Shown in pieces: positions 48,569-57,718 of a stretch of DNA of 64,000 nucleotides. The stretch lies in NCBI GenBank assembly GCA_963836235.1, contig CAWIIP010000004.1:800001-864000 (forward strand), written 5' to 3'. The DNA is from an uncultured Pseudomonadota bacterium (lineage in GTDB: Bacteria > Oederibacteriota > Muellerivitia > Muellerivitales > Muellerivitaceae). The position numbers and the translations under genes are program-made. A model generated the notes under the pieces. The model saw only the letters and a program-made list of their open reading frames with translations. It had not been told where the DNA came from and made no database searches. The stretch's first letter is position 1. The number at the start of each line of letters is the position of its first letter.

Positions 48569-50518
48569 ATGACCAGAAAAACGCGGCAAGTTGTTATCGT
48601 TTTGAGTTTGCTGGGGGTTCTGTCACCGTCCTGGGCGAAACCGGCCCATTTCGTTGTCGGCTATTCCGCCGCGTGGTTTGACGGCGTTTATCCGCCGGAA
48701 AGTTACAATTACGGCGCCTTTACCCACATTCTCCGGGCCTTCCTGGTCCCGAAGGCGGACGGAAGCATCGGTGCCCAGGGCGGTTACTGGGACCCGGACT
48801 TGGAACGGCTGGCCCATGCCCATGGGGTGAAGTTATTGGCGTCCCTCGGCGGAGCGGCCCCCACTGCGGACAACTGGCTGGCCATGGCCCGCGATTCTAA
48901 AGCCGAAAAAACATTCTTCGATAACCTCGAAAAATTGATTACCGACCACCATTACGATGGCGTGGATATTGATTGGGAACCTTCGGCCTTGACGGACGCG
49001 GACCAATCGACTTTTACCGACTTCATGAAAGCCCTGCGGGCCCGTTTCCCCAACTGGATCATCAGCGCGGCCCTGGGCGCGAGTGATTATTTCGGCAAGC
49101 ACATCTCCTGGGCCGAAGTCACCCAACAGGTGGATTGGATCAACTGGATGACCTATGACTTCGCGGGCAAATGGAGCGAGCATTCGGTTCATGACGCCAA
49201 TCTTTACGCGCCTAAAGACTCGAAAGTGGACAGCAAGGTCAGTATCGATCAAACCCTGACCCGGTTTGAAACCCAGTATCACCTGGCCCCCGATAAGCTG
49301 GTTTTGGGCCTGCCTTTTTACGGCATTCAATTTTTCACTTCCCATATGGGCGATCCCTTTTCCGGTGATACCTACTCACAAGGCTCGGAGGTTCAGTTTT
49401 ACGAAATCGCGCCGCTGATCGCCGACAAGGGGGAATACAAAGTTTTCTGGGATGAGGGAGCGAAGGCGCCTTACTTGGAGAAGATCGGCGGCGGGCTTGT
49501 GATTTCTCATGATGATCCAAAGTCCATCGCCCTTAAGTGCGATTACGCGGTCCAGAAGGGACTTCAGGGTGTCATGATTTGGAACATGGGGGCGGACCTG
49601 GTGGGGGAACATACCCCCCTTTTGGACGCAATCGCCGGCGCCTATGGATATCCCATGTCCGAGATGCCAACAAGTGGACTGGCCAAATCCATTCAAAACC
49701 TGGGATTCATGGCGCAGGACTCCTATGGGAAGTTACAGGCGGCCCGGGGCAAATTGACGGCCGCCGGTAAAACGGATGACGCTAAAAATACGGATCCTGG
49801 GCCCCTACCGGATGTCACGGTTCCAACAGGCGTGGACGTTAAAACCCTCGGGAAAAAACTTTGGGATATTCAGTACGCCTTGAGCGCGATTGACCGGAAA
49901 TTACAAAGTGCCCGGGCGGTTCTGGATTTATTGCCGGTTAAAGAAGTCATCGGTCAAAAAGTTGAGTCCCCAGGCGATAAGCTTTTGATTGATGATTTTG
50001 AGAAGGGAGGCGGCGCTAACGCTTTGGGCGGAAGCTGGTCCGCAGATTGCGATCAGAATCATTTGGGCACGGTATTAAATCCGCTCCCTTTCACGCCGAC
50101 CGCCGGGGGAGTCCCGGGATCAGAAAAATACGCGGCCCATATCTCCGGCCACTTGGGAAGGAGTGTCGCCCCCTGGCCCTACGCGGAACTCACCGGCTCC
50201 TTGAACACCTCCGGAACGGCGGCGGACTTGAGCGACTTCAAAGCCATCGAGTTTTGGGCCAAGGGCGATGGGAAATTTTATTCGCTCGTATTGGCCCGGG
50301 CGGCGGTGGAGGACTATGGTAACTATCGATTGGATTTCAAAGGCGCGCCGGAATGGACCAAGGTGGTTTTAAACTTCACCGACTTTAAGCAACCCAACTG
50401 GGCAAGGCAAGTTCCCTACAAATTAAGCGACGTGCTTTTCCTGGCATTCGAACCCAACGCTGATTTCAGCGATGAGGATTTCGATTTATGGCTTGATGAC
50501 ATCACCCTCGTGAAATAG
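48569..50518 (+). CDS. GH18 chitinase-like hydrolase with C-terminal CBM11/CIA30-like domain
   Basis: Signal peptide, SLGG, DGVDIDWE, MTYDF, GLPFYG, GVMIW; FWAKGDG, LWLDDI. Confidence 0.88.
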   Translation: MTRKTRQVVIVLSLLGVLSPSWAKPAHFVVGYSAAWFDGVYPPESYNYGAFTHILRAFLVPKADGSIGAQGGYWDPDLERLAHAHGVKLLASLGGAAPTADNWLAMARDSKAEKTFFDNLEKLITDHHYDGVDIDWEPSALTDADQSTFTDFMKALRARFPNWIISAALGASDYFGKHISWAEVTQQVDWINWMTYDFAGKWSEHSVHDANLYAPKDSKVDSKVSIDQTLTRFETQYHLAPDKLVLGLPFYGIQFFTSHMGDPFSGDTYSQGSEVQFYEIAPLIADKGEYKVFWDEGAKAPYLEKIGGGLVISHDDPKSIALKCDYAVQKGLQGVMIWNMGADLVGEHTPLLDAIAGAYGYPMSEMPTSGLAKSIQNLGFMAQDSYGKLQAARGKLTAAGKTDDAKNTDPGPLPDVTVPTGVDVKTLGKKLWDIQYALSAIDRKLQSARAVLDLLPVKEVIGQKVESPGDKLLIDDFEKGGGANALGGSWSADCDQNHLGTVLNPLPFTPTAGGVPGSEKYAAHISGHLGRSVAPWPYAELTGSLNTSGTAADLSDFKAIEFWAKGDGKFYSLVLARAAVEDYGNYRLDFKGAPEWTKVVLNFTDFKQPNWARQVPYKLSDVLFLAFEPNADFSDEDFDLWLDDITLVK

Positions 50519-50633
50519 CTTGGGCTGATGAGCTGAAAGTCGCACGTGAAACTTTCGCGTCTCGATCTGGAACAATAAAAAAGCGGCGTGAATTCAATCA
50601 ATCGTCATTGACCCCCTCATTTTGTGATACATT

Positions 50634-53600
50634 TTGAACCAGTTAACCACCGTTCCACCGATTGGAATTTTTGAATTGACCTTAAATCGATATAAAAAGA
50701 TATTTCCACGGCATTTCATAAAACAGGTTTATCTTTTTTTCATTTTGTTTATGTTTTCGGTTGTCCCTTCCGTTTTCGCTTCCACTTATATCCCCTCACA
50801 GGCTTGGAGCCGGGACATCGATGCCGGGGGTTATACGGATGGTGCCCCGGTTGGTGGTTTTGGCGCCGGAAGCTATACTTGGAATTTCGCGGGGGATTTT
50901 TACCTGAGCCGCCTCAACATCGCCACCGCTCCCACCACCTGGACCAACAACAATCCCTATACGGTTGACGGCAATTGCGGTTTTTATATGTACCAAAAAC
51001 CCCTGGGCCAAGCCGCCGTTACCTACCGCCTGGATGCCGCCGCGTTGGGTACGGGTCAGGCCAACTATTACTCCCTCTTCCCGAAAGCCTGGGTGGATTA
51101 TTACGGTTCGGATTTTGCCTGTAAGGCCCGGGTGACGCAATTTACGCCTCTCATCCCCGGGGATTACACCCGAAGCAGTTATCCCGAGGGCATCTATGAG
51201 TGGGATCTTTCCAATCCCACTTGCACCACGACGGATGTGGCCATCATGCTGACCTGGGACAATAGTTTTGGGGGCACCACCGCGGCGGTCACCACCTCCG
51301 GGAGTGACACGGGACTGGTTTTAACCCGGACCAGCGGGAGCGCCACCAGCAAGTCCCAGGGTGAGTTCACCCTGGCTTGTTCCTCCGGCTCCGGGGTGAC
51401 GGTCACCTACCAATCCGCCACGGGCGTCGCCGCCCTTCAAACTTCTTTTGGGGCAGCCGGGACCTTGAATAATACCGTGGGGAACAACACCATCGGCGGT
51501 ATCGCTTTTAAAGTGACCCTCGCCCCCGGAAAATCGGTGAAAATTCCCATCGTGTTGGCTTGGGACATTCCCCTGGCCCAACCGGGGACCGGCGCCCAAT
51601 GGTACCGGGAGTACACCCGAACCTACGGAAAGACGGGGCTCAACTCTTTTTCCATCGCCAATGAGGCTTTGTCCAATTACGCCACATGGGAATCGTCCAT
51701 CGATAGTTGGCAAGTGGGAATACTCGGAGGGCCATACCCGGATTGGTTCAAACAAATGCTTTTCAACGAGCTTTATTATTACGTCATTGGTGGAACGCTT
51801 TGGGAGGCGGGGCAGTATGGCTCCACCCAATTTGACGCCGGGCCCGACATGTTCAGCAGCCTTGAATCCTATGTTTATACCTTTTACGGAACCTCGGACG
51901 TGCGTTTTTATAGTTCCTGGGCACTGGCTGAAAATTGGCCCAATATCGACAAACAGGAAGTCGAACAGTTTTGTGACAGCGTGACGATTAATAGCTCTCA
52001 AACTCTTCCCAGGCCGGTGGCTATTGGCACCTGCGCGCATGATTTCGGGAGTTTGAACGATGTCTTCACCGCGTGGAACGACTACACCTACCGGGATTCC
52101 ACCACTTGGAAAGACTTGAATTCCAAATTGGTTCTCATGGTTTACCGGGATTGGCAATTGACGGGACAAAGCGATAGCACCTTCCTCAATTATTGTTGGC
52201 CCGCCATTCAAGTAGCCATGGCCAAAGTGCACAGCCAATGCGTCTCGGGTGGCGTCACCTATAACCTGCCCATCTCGAACGGCATCGACCAAACCTACGA
52301 CAACCTGGGCCTTACCGGGGAGACCTCCTATTGCGGAAGCCTTTACCTGGCCGCCTGCGAGGCCGCCCAAGCCATCGCCACGACCGAGGGGAACGGCGTC
52401 TTGGCCACGACCTATCAATCCTGGTTGACCCTGGGGCAGTCCGACTTCGAGGGAAATCTTTGGAATACGACAGGGAATTATTACAACATTGATACCGGAA
52501 GCGGGGCGGGCGGTGTCACGGGCGTGGCCCGCATCATGAGCGACCAGCTTTGCGGACAATGGTACGCCAAGGCCTGCGGCCTGGCGGACGTGGTTCCTGC
52601 GACCCACGCGGTAAGCGCCTGGCAGGCGGTTCACGACAACAACTGGGCCAAGTTCGACGCGGGGGCCCATGGGGAAGTGAACGTGATGACCTCGGCCGGC
52701 AATATCGACACCAGCACTTCCCAAACTCAGGAAGCCTGGGTGGGAACAACTTGGGGCGCGGTGGCGGGAATGATCCAAGAGGGAATGTTCACCCAGGCGG
52801 TCTCCATCGGCAACAGCCTCTATAACAGCGTTTGGAACTTGGGGCAGATGTGGTATCGAACGCCGGAGGCTTGGACCACGGGCCTTACCAATATCCGCGC
52901 GCCTTATTACATGAGGGCCAACGCCATTTGGGGCGCCAAGCACGCTTATGACGTCACCTCTCCCTGCGGAAGCGCCAGTTGTACGCCCATCCCCACCTTT
53001 ACGCCCGTCCCGACGGCGACCTTAAATTGTCCCACGACCGCCACCCCTACACCCACCGCCACCGGCACAGCTACCTTAACTCCGTCTAAAACAGCCAGCC
53101 CCAGCCCCAGTTCGACGATCACTTTTTCCCCCACTTCCAGCGTGACCAAAACACTCACTTCCACCCCCACTTCAAGTCTCACCGGCACCCCAACTTGGAC
53201 TTCCACCCTCACCAGCACGAAAACCGCGAGCGCCAGCCCAACGCAAACCATCTCCCAGACCGCCAGTTCCTCGGCTACCTCTAGCGCCACCTATACCGCC
53301 ACCAACTCCCGGACATCCACTCCCATCTCCAGCTCGACCGCCTCCTGGACCTCCACACCCACATTCTCCTCCACGGCCACACCCACCAGCACGACCACCC
53401 AAACCCTCACCCGCACTCCAACCGCCACTATGACTTCAACCACTAGTTATACCGTTAGTCCTACCTTTTCGATGACGGCTTCCTTGACGCCCAGTGAAAC
53501 CGTAACCTCGACCGCCACAAGCTCCCGGACATCCACCCCTTCCTTAACACCCACTCCGTCCACAACGGCCACCCCAACCGGCACTGTCACCAGCACGCTC

Positions 53601-54455
53601 ACCATTACCTCGACTGCTACGGAAACCCCGACCACTAGCTCCAGTTCCACCGCGATGTCCTCGCAAACCCCCAGCGCCACCGCCACGACGTCCCTAACGC
53701 CCTCCACCACATTCACCCCCACTTTGACCGTCACCGAAACCTCGACCCCTTCATTAACCACTACACCCTCGGCCACTTCATCAAGCAGTCAAACTTCCAG
53801 TCCTACTTTGTCCTTCACCGTTACCTCCACGGTTTCCTCTTCCGCCACCAGCACCGCCAGCCCGACCGTCACCCTCACGCCCACTGGAACTAAAACTCCA
53901 ACTCCCACCTTGACCGCCACATCCAGTGCGACCTCCACGGCCAGCGCCACTCCCACCATGACTTGGACCAAAACATCCACCCCTAGCCAAACTCCGAGCA
54001 CCACCCTTACTTTCACAGTGACCACGACTTCCACCGCTTCAAGCTCCTTCACCCCCTCCTCAACCCCCTCCACCACCACAACCGCGACCTCCTCGGTCAG
54101 CGCCACCATGACACCCACTCCAATATTCACCGTCACCTTTACCCCCACCGCCTCCGCTTATTCCTCCCCAGTGACACTCCTGCCGCCCTATCCCAATCCC
54201 GATAAGGGAGGCGAACCAGTGACCATTGCCATTGAGGTGCCAGGTCCGGTGGTTGTGACTTGGAAAGTCTTCACCACGGCATTTCGAATGATCGATGGGG
54301 GAACATCTAGTTTTTCCGGAAACGGGACTATCCAATGGGATATGAAAGACAAGTTGGGAATCGAAGCGGCCGGCGGCCTTTACTACATTCGGGTTGAAGT
54401 CCAAACCAGCGGCGGGACTACACGGAAAATCTTTAAAATACTGGTAATTCGATAA
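50634..54455 (+). CDS. Secreted GH116 beta-glucosidase-like protein with Ser/Thr-rich stalk and FlgD/T9SS-like C-terminal domain
   Basis: G.P.GGFGAG, LFNELYY, LES..Y.FYGT.DV.FY, WKDLNSK, DQTYD, M.DQL.GQWY, E.W.G, RTPEA, YMR; start uncertain. Confidence 0.85.
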   Translation: MNQLTTVPPIGIFELTLNRYKKIFPRHFIKQVYLFFILFMFSVVPSVFASTYIPSQAWSRDIDAGGYTDGAPVGGFGAGSYTWNFAGDFYLSRLNIATAPTTWTNNNPYTVDGNCGFYMYQKPLGQAAVTYRLDAAALGTGQANYYSLFPKAWVDYYGSDFACKARVTQFTPLIPGDYTRSSYPEGIYEWDLSNPTCTTTDVAIMLTWDNSFGGTTAAVTTSGSDTGLVLTRTSGSATSKSQGEFTLACSSGSGVTVTYQSATGVAALQTSFGAAGTLNNTVGNNTIGGIAFKVTLAPGKSVKIPIVLAWDIPLAQPGTGAQWYREYTRTYGKTGLNSFSIANEALSNYATWESSIDSWQVGILGGPYPDWFKQMLFNELYYYVIGGTLWEAGQYGSTQFDAGPDMFSSLESYVYTFYGTSDVRFYSSWALAENWPNIDKQEVEQFCDSVTINSSQTLPRPVAIGTCAHDFGSLNDVFTAWNDYTYRDSTTWKDLNSKLVLMVYRDWQLTGQSDSTFLNYCWPAIQVAMAKVHSQCVSGGVTYNLPISNGIDQTYDNLGLTGETSYCGSLYLAACEAAQAIATTEGNGVLATTYQSWLTLGQSDFEGNLWNTTGNYYNIDTGSGAGGVTGVARIMSDQLCGQWYAKACGLADVVPATHAVSAWQAVHDNNWAKFDAGAHGEVNVMTSAGNIDTSTSQTQEAWVGTTWGAVAGMIQEGMFTQAVSIGNSLYNSVWNLGQMWYRTPEAWTTGLTNIRAPYYMRANAIWGAKHAYDVTSPCGSASCTPIPTFTPVPTATLNCPTTATPTPTATGTATLTPSKTASPSPSSTITFSPTSSVTKTLTSTPTSSLTGTPTWTSTLTSTKTASASPTQTISQTASSSATSSATYTATNSRTSTPISSSTASWTSTPTFSSTATPTSTTTQTLTRTPTATMTSTTSYTVSPTFSMTASLTPSETVTSTATSSRTSTPSLTPTPSTTATPTGTVTSTLTITSTATETPTTSSSSTAMSSQTPSATATTSLTPSTTFTPTLTVTETSTPSLTTTPSATSSSSQTSSPTLSFTVTSTVSSSATSTASPTVTLTPTGTKTPTPTLTATSSATSTASATPTMTWTKTSTPSQTPSTTLTFTVTTTSTASSSFTPSSTPSTTTTATSSVSATMTPTPIFTVTFTPTASAYSSPVTLLPPYPNPDKGGEPVTIAIEVPGPVVVTWKVFTTAFRMIDGGTSSFSGNGTIQWDMKDKLGIEAAGGLYYIRVEVQTSGGTTRKIFKILVIR

Positions 54456-54527
54456 ATTGAAAAGAACATGGCAATCAACGCCAAGACTTAAGGAAATGGG
54501 ATTGGCTAGGTTCCTGGGTTACTGCGT

Positions 54528-54555
54528 TGTCCACGACGGGGACCCTTCGTGGACA
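54528..54555 (+). repeat. 28-bp cassette-boundary site R1
   Basis: TGTCCACGACG-GGGACC-CTTCGTGGACA. Confidence 0.9.
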
Positions 54556-54595
54556 GGTAAAAGACCCATGAATACCTATTTCGGGAGTGAATTTA

Positions 54596-55024
54596 ATGGG
54601 AAATGATATTAAGGTTTGCTCAACCGACAATACCCAATGCGTAATTATAAAATTGTTGGAAATCGCAAAAGAGAATTATCCAAGTTTGAAAATATCAGTT
54701 GAGATTAAATTGACGGAGTTCAGCGGAAGTTCAACGGCTTGGATTAGCCAAGATGTTCTTAAAAGTTTCGCTAACTCATTAGATGAACTTAGTCGAAAAA
54801 GAACCGGGCAAGTATATTTAGAATCGATGAGTCCCAAGCATCTGCAACTTGCCATTTCTCCGTTAGATTCTGTCGGACATTTTCTCCTAGAAATTACGGT
54901 ATCAAAACATGTTCCTATCGACCGAAAAATGGTGGATCACCAGGTGTCAGGCGGCTTCGAACTTGACCCTGGAAATCTCCCTGAACTAGTTCGTGAGTTT
55001 AAAAATTTAGTATCAAAGTGTTAA
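54596..55024 (+). CDS. Hypothetical protein, possible WapI-like immunity protein
   Basis: AT-rich; FSG...WI....L..F...L..L....G...LESMSP..L.L....D..GH pattern; GGGAG RBS. Confidence 0.55.
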   Translation: MGNDIKVCSTDNTQCVIIKLLEIAKENYPSLKISVEIKLTEFSGSSTAWISQDVLKSFANSLDELSRKRTGQVYLESMSPKHLQLAISPLDSVGHFLLEITVSKHVPIDRKMVDHQVSGGFELDPGNLPELVREFKNLVSKC

Positions 55025-55030
55025 ATTCAT

Positions 55031-55058
55031 TGTCCACGATGGGGACCCGCCTTGGACA
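55031..55058 (+). repeat. 28-bp cassette-boundary site R2
   Basis: TGTCCACGATG-GGGACC-CGCCTTGGACA, 6 bp after the stop codon. Confidence 0.9.
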
Positions 55059-55145
55059 ATAAAATGGATAATGTTGGCCTACCCCGCTTTTCTTTTATAA
55101 GCCGGGTAGATAAAAAAAGTTAATAGAATTCAATCGAGGCTGAAA

Positions 55146-56465
55146 ATGGAATCTCCCCAGACAAACACGCGTCCGAAAGCACTCCTGTTTTCGGTCAGAA
55201 CGCCCAGGGTAACTGATACCGAAGCGATGGAATCGATGATCGAACTCGAACGGCTGGTGACGACCTTGGGTTACGAGGTGACCGGAACTATGTCCCAGCG
55301 GCAACCCAGCACAAAAGGGGTCACTGTGGTGGGTGAGGGAAAACTGATGGAACTCGCCCAACTCACCGGCGGAAAGGGCTACCGGGATAGAGTTAAGGGG
55401 CAGTCCGAAGCGCCAAAACAGGAACAAGTCCCGGCCTCGACTCCCGAGGGACCCGCGATGGTGGTCGTTTTTGACTGTGATTTGAGCCCGTCCCAGATTC
55501 GAAATGTCGAAGAGGCTTTGGGGGTTCCGGTGCTCGATCGAACCGGGGTGATTATCGAAATCTTCAACCGGCACGCGAAGACCCGGGCGGCGCGACTCCA
55601 GGTCGATATCGCGCGCCAAACCTATCAGGCTCCCCGTCTCAGGGATACGGGGGTTGGAAAGGAACGCCAGTCTGGCCGGGGATCCGGGGAAACCATCATC
55701 GAGACGGAAAAGCGCAAAGTCCGCGACCGCCTGGCTGAGCTGAGGCACGAGTTAGAAGCGGTTCAAAGAGAAGAGGAACATCGCCGGATGAAACGCGCGG
55801 AACTGCTCGGCGCCGCGCTCGTGGGCTACACGAATGCCGGAAAATCATCCCTCATGCGGGCGCTGACCGGCAGCGACGTCCTGGTGGAGGACAAGCTCTT
55901 CGCGACCCTGGATACGACGATACGCGCCCTACAACCAGAGACCCAGCCGAGAATTCTGATCACCGATACGGTGGGTTTTATCCACAAGCTTCCACACGAT
56001 CTGGTAGCGTCCTTCCGTTCCACGCTGGATGAGGCCCGCGGCGCCGCCCTGCTTCTTTACGTGGTGGATGCCGCTGATCGAAACTTTCGTTCCCAGCTCG
56101 AGGTGGTTCGGGAAGTCTTGGGTGAGATTGGCGCCGACAAAACGCCATATCTTCTCATTCTCAATAAGGCCGACTGCTTGAGCGAATGGCAGAAGCAGGT
56201 TCTCGGGTCGGAGTATCCGGACGCGGTTTTAACCTCGACCCGAAGTCCCGAGGACATGCGAATCGTCAGTGAACGCCTCATTCATTTTTTCGAGAAAGAC
56301 ATGATTGAGAAGGAAATTCTCGTTCCCTATAAAGCTCAAGGTGTCATCCGAGAAATGCGTTTGAATATGAAAATCTTGAGGGAGAGCTTTACCGAAGAAG
56401 GCGTTCTACTGCTGGTTCGCTCTCGTCCGATTGACCTTCAGCGCCTGAGTAAAGTGATGAAGTAG
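55146..56465 (+). CDS. hflX: GTPase HflX
   Basis: LSPSQ.RN, DRT..I.EIF..HA.T, LVGYTNAGKSSL, LFATLD, DTVGFI..LPH.LV.SF.STL, NKAD. Confidence 0.95.
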   Translation: MESPQTNTRPKALLFSVRTPRVTDTEAMESMIELERLVTTLGYEVTGTMSQRQPSTKGVTVVGEGKLMELAQLTGGKGYRDRVKGQSEAPKQEQVPASTPEGPAMVVVFDCDLSPSQIRNVEEALGVPVLDRTGVIIEIFNRHAKTRAARLQVDIARQTYQAPRLRDTGVGKERQSGRGSGETIIETEKRKVRDRLAELRHELEAVQREEEHRRMKRAELLGAALVGYTNAGKSSLMRALTGSDVLVEDKLFATLDTTIRALQPETQPRILITDTVGFIHKLPHDLVASFRSTLDEARGAALLLYVVDAADRNFRSQLEVVREVLGEIGADKTPYLLILNKADCLSEWQKQVLGSEYPDAVLTSTRSPEDMRIVSERLIHFFEKDMIEKEILVPYKAQGVIREMRLNMKILRESFTEEGVLLLVRSRPIDLQRLSKVMK

Positions 56466-56660
56466 TGCCTGCGGTGTGTGCCGCCCTTCGATTTTAGATA
56501 TAGAGGGCGGTACTACACCTGCATCGAGGCTTCAAGCCGAGATGCAAGCTTTGGTTGTACCTGTCGAAATAATAATGCGGTAGGTACCCCGTACGATTCA
56601 CATGTGAATCGTGAACCAGGGGTGTCCCAGACGGGCTCGCAAGCTTGGTTGATAAGAAAT

Positions 56661-56688
56661 CGTCCACGACGGGGACCCGTCGTGGACA
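56661..56688 (+). repeat. 28-bp cassette-boundary site R3
   Basis: CGTCCACGACG-GGGACC-CGTCGTGGACA. Confidence 0.9.
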
Positions 56689-56765
56689 AACAAAATAACT
56701 TGAATTATGTCTGCAATTGAAATATTTCGGGAGTGGATTTTAGGTTGTCCACGAAAGAGGCCTTT

Positions 56766-57656
56766 ATGAAAACCATAGTCCTTTTCCTGATGGAGGCCGT
56801 ACTTCTTTTACCCACCTTTTTATGTGCCCAAACTCAAACTCCATCGCTGAGTGAAGATTGGACGCCAAAAGTCGAATTGGTATGGCCCACTCCCCGACCA
56901 AGCCTCGGGGATCACGATGACCATGTTTATCCCGCCGAGATCAATAAGATTAAACGCGTAAAACTCCCTTTTGATCTATTCACGTTTTTTGAAAATTTGG
57001 ATCTTGCCTTAGAACGTGATAGTGACGAGTCTGACATTGATGAAAAAGACGTTAAGAAATGGAAGGAGGATTACCAGAAGCTTCAAGAACTGGGTTGGTC
57101 GAAGGGAGAAGGCCTTGACATGATCCGGGAAAAATGGGTTCGCAAAAGGGGTTCCTTCGGCTTTGTATGGTTTGGAAGAAGCATTTACTTTATCGATCTT
57201 ATGAAACCGACAGAAGCCATTGTGCTGTTGTCGGGAACCTACGGAAGGGACGCAAGGCCGGCCAAGGAAAGGGGCAAATTCGCGAATGAGGTGGATGGAA
57301 TTGAAATTGAAAAAATAGGTGATGATACCTATCGGATTTTTGCGCAGGGGCTCGGCGGGGACATGAAGTTCGGTTTTTCTCCCAGCACTGAAGTTTGGGA
57401 TTACAAATTAAACAGCGATTTTATTACTTATTATGATTTTAGCCACTCCTTCGGGAAAGACCTGGAAAAGAACGGCCACCGGGATATCGTGGTCTATGGC
57501 GAAGGATATCGTCAGCTCGGACCCGGAAATGTGCATTATGAGCTGCAGGGTCTCGGCGTGTTTTCTTGGAACGGGAAAAAATGGATAAATATAAGCGACA
57601 AGGAAAAAGAATTTTTGGCCGAATTGTCAAAGATTTTCCCGGCCTACAGCCTCTGA
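56766..57656 (+). CDS. Hypothetical secreted protein
   Basis: Signal peptide MKTIVLFL...CAQ; DLEKNGHRDIVV (FG-GAP/Ca-loop-like); AGAGG RBS. Confidence 0.7.
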   Translation: MKTIVLFLMEAVLLLPTFLCAQTQTPSLSEDWTPKVELVWPTPRPSLGDHDDHVYPAEINKIKRVKLPFDLFTFFENLDLALERDSDESDIDEKDVKKWKEDYQKLQELGWSKGEGLDMIREKWVRKRGSFGFVWFGRSIYFIDLMKPTEAIVLLSGTYGRDARPAKERGKFANEVDGIEIEKIGDDTYRIFAQGLGGDMKFGFSPSTEVWDYKLNSDFITYYDFSHSFGKDLEKNGHRDIVVYGEGYRQLGPGNVHYELQGLGVFSWNGKKWINISDKEKEFLAELSKIFPAYSL

Positions 57657-57663
57657 ATGCACT

Positions 57664-57691
57664 TGTCCACGACGGGGACCCGGATTGGACA
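57664..57691 (+). repeat. 28-bp cassette-boundary site R4
   Basis: TGTCCACGACG-GGGACC-CGGATTGGACA, 7 bp after the stop codon. Confidence 0.9.
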
Positions 57692-57718
57692 GGAGTACAA
57701 CGTTATGTGGAGGGCAAG

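Noticed and set aside
50525-50562. CTGATGAG...GAAAC...GTC hammerhead-like core
   Set aside because: Stems I-III cannot be formed with more than about 2 bp each.
51321-52943. 540-aa minus-strand ORF
   Set aside because: Fully antisense to the well-supported GH116 domain; no motifs.
39180-54160. ACN/CCN-rich tandem-like DNA and the antisense Val/Gly-rich ORFs
   Set aside because: Explained by Thr/Pro/Ser linkers of three proteins with varied synonymous codons; the minus-strand ORFs are shadows.
56478-56720. 80-aa ORF spanning the hairpins and R3
   Set aside because: No RBS, and it runs through palindromes and the repeat; more plausibly non-coding.
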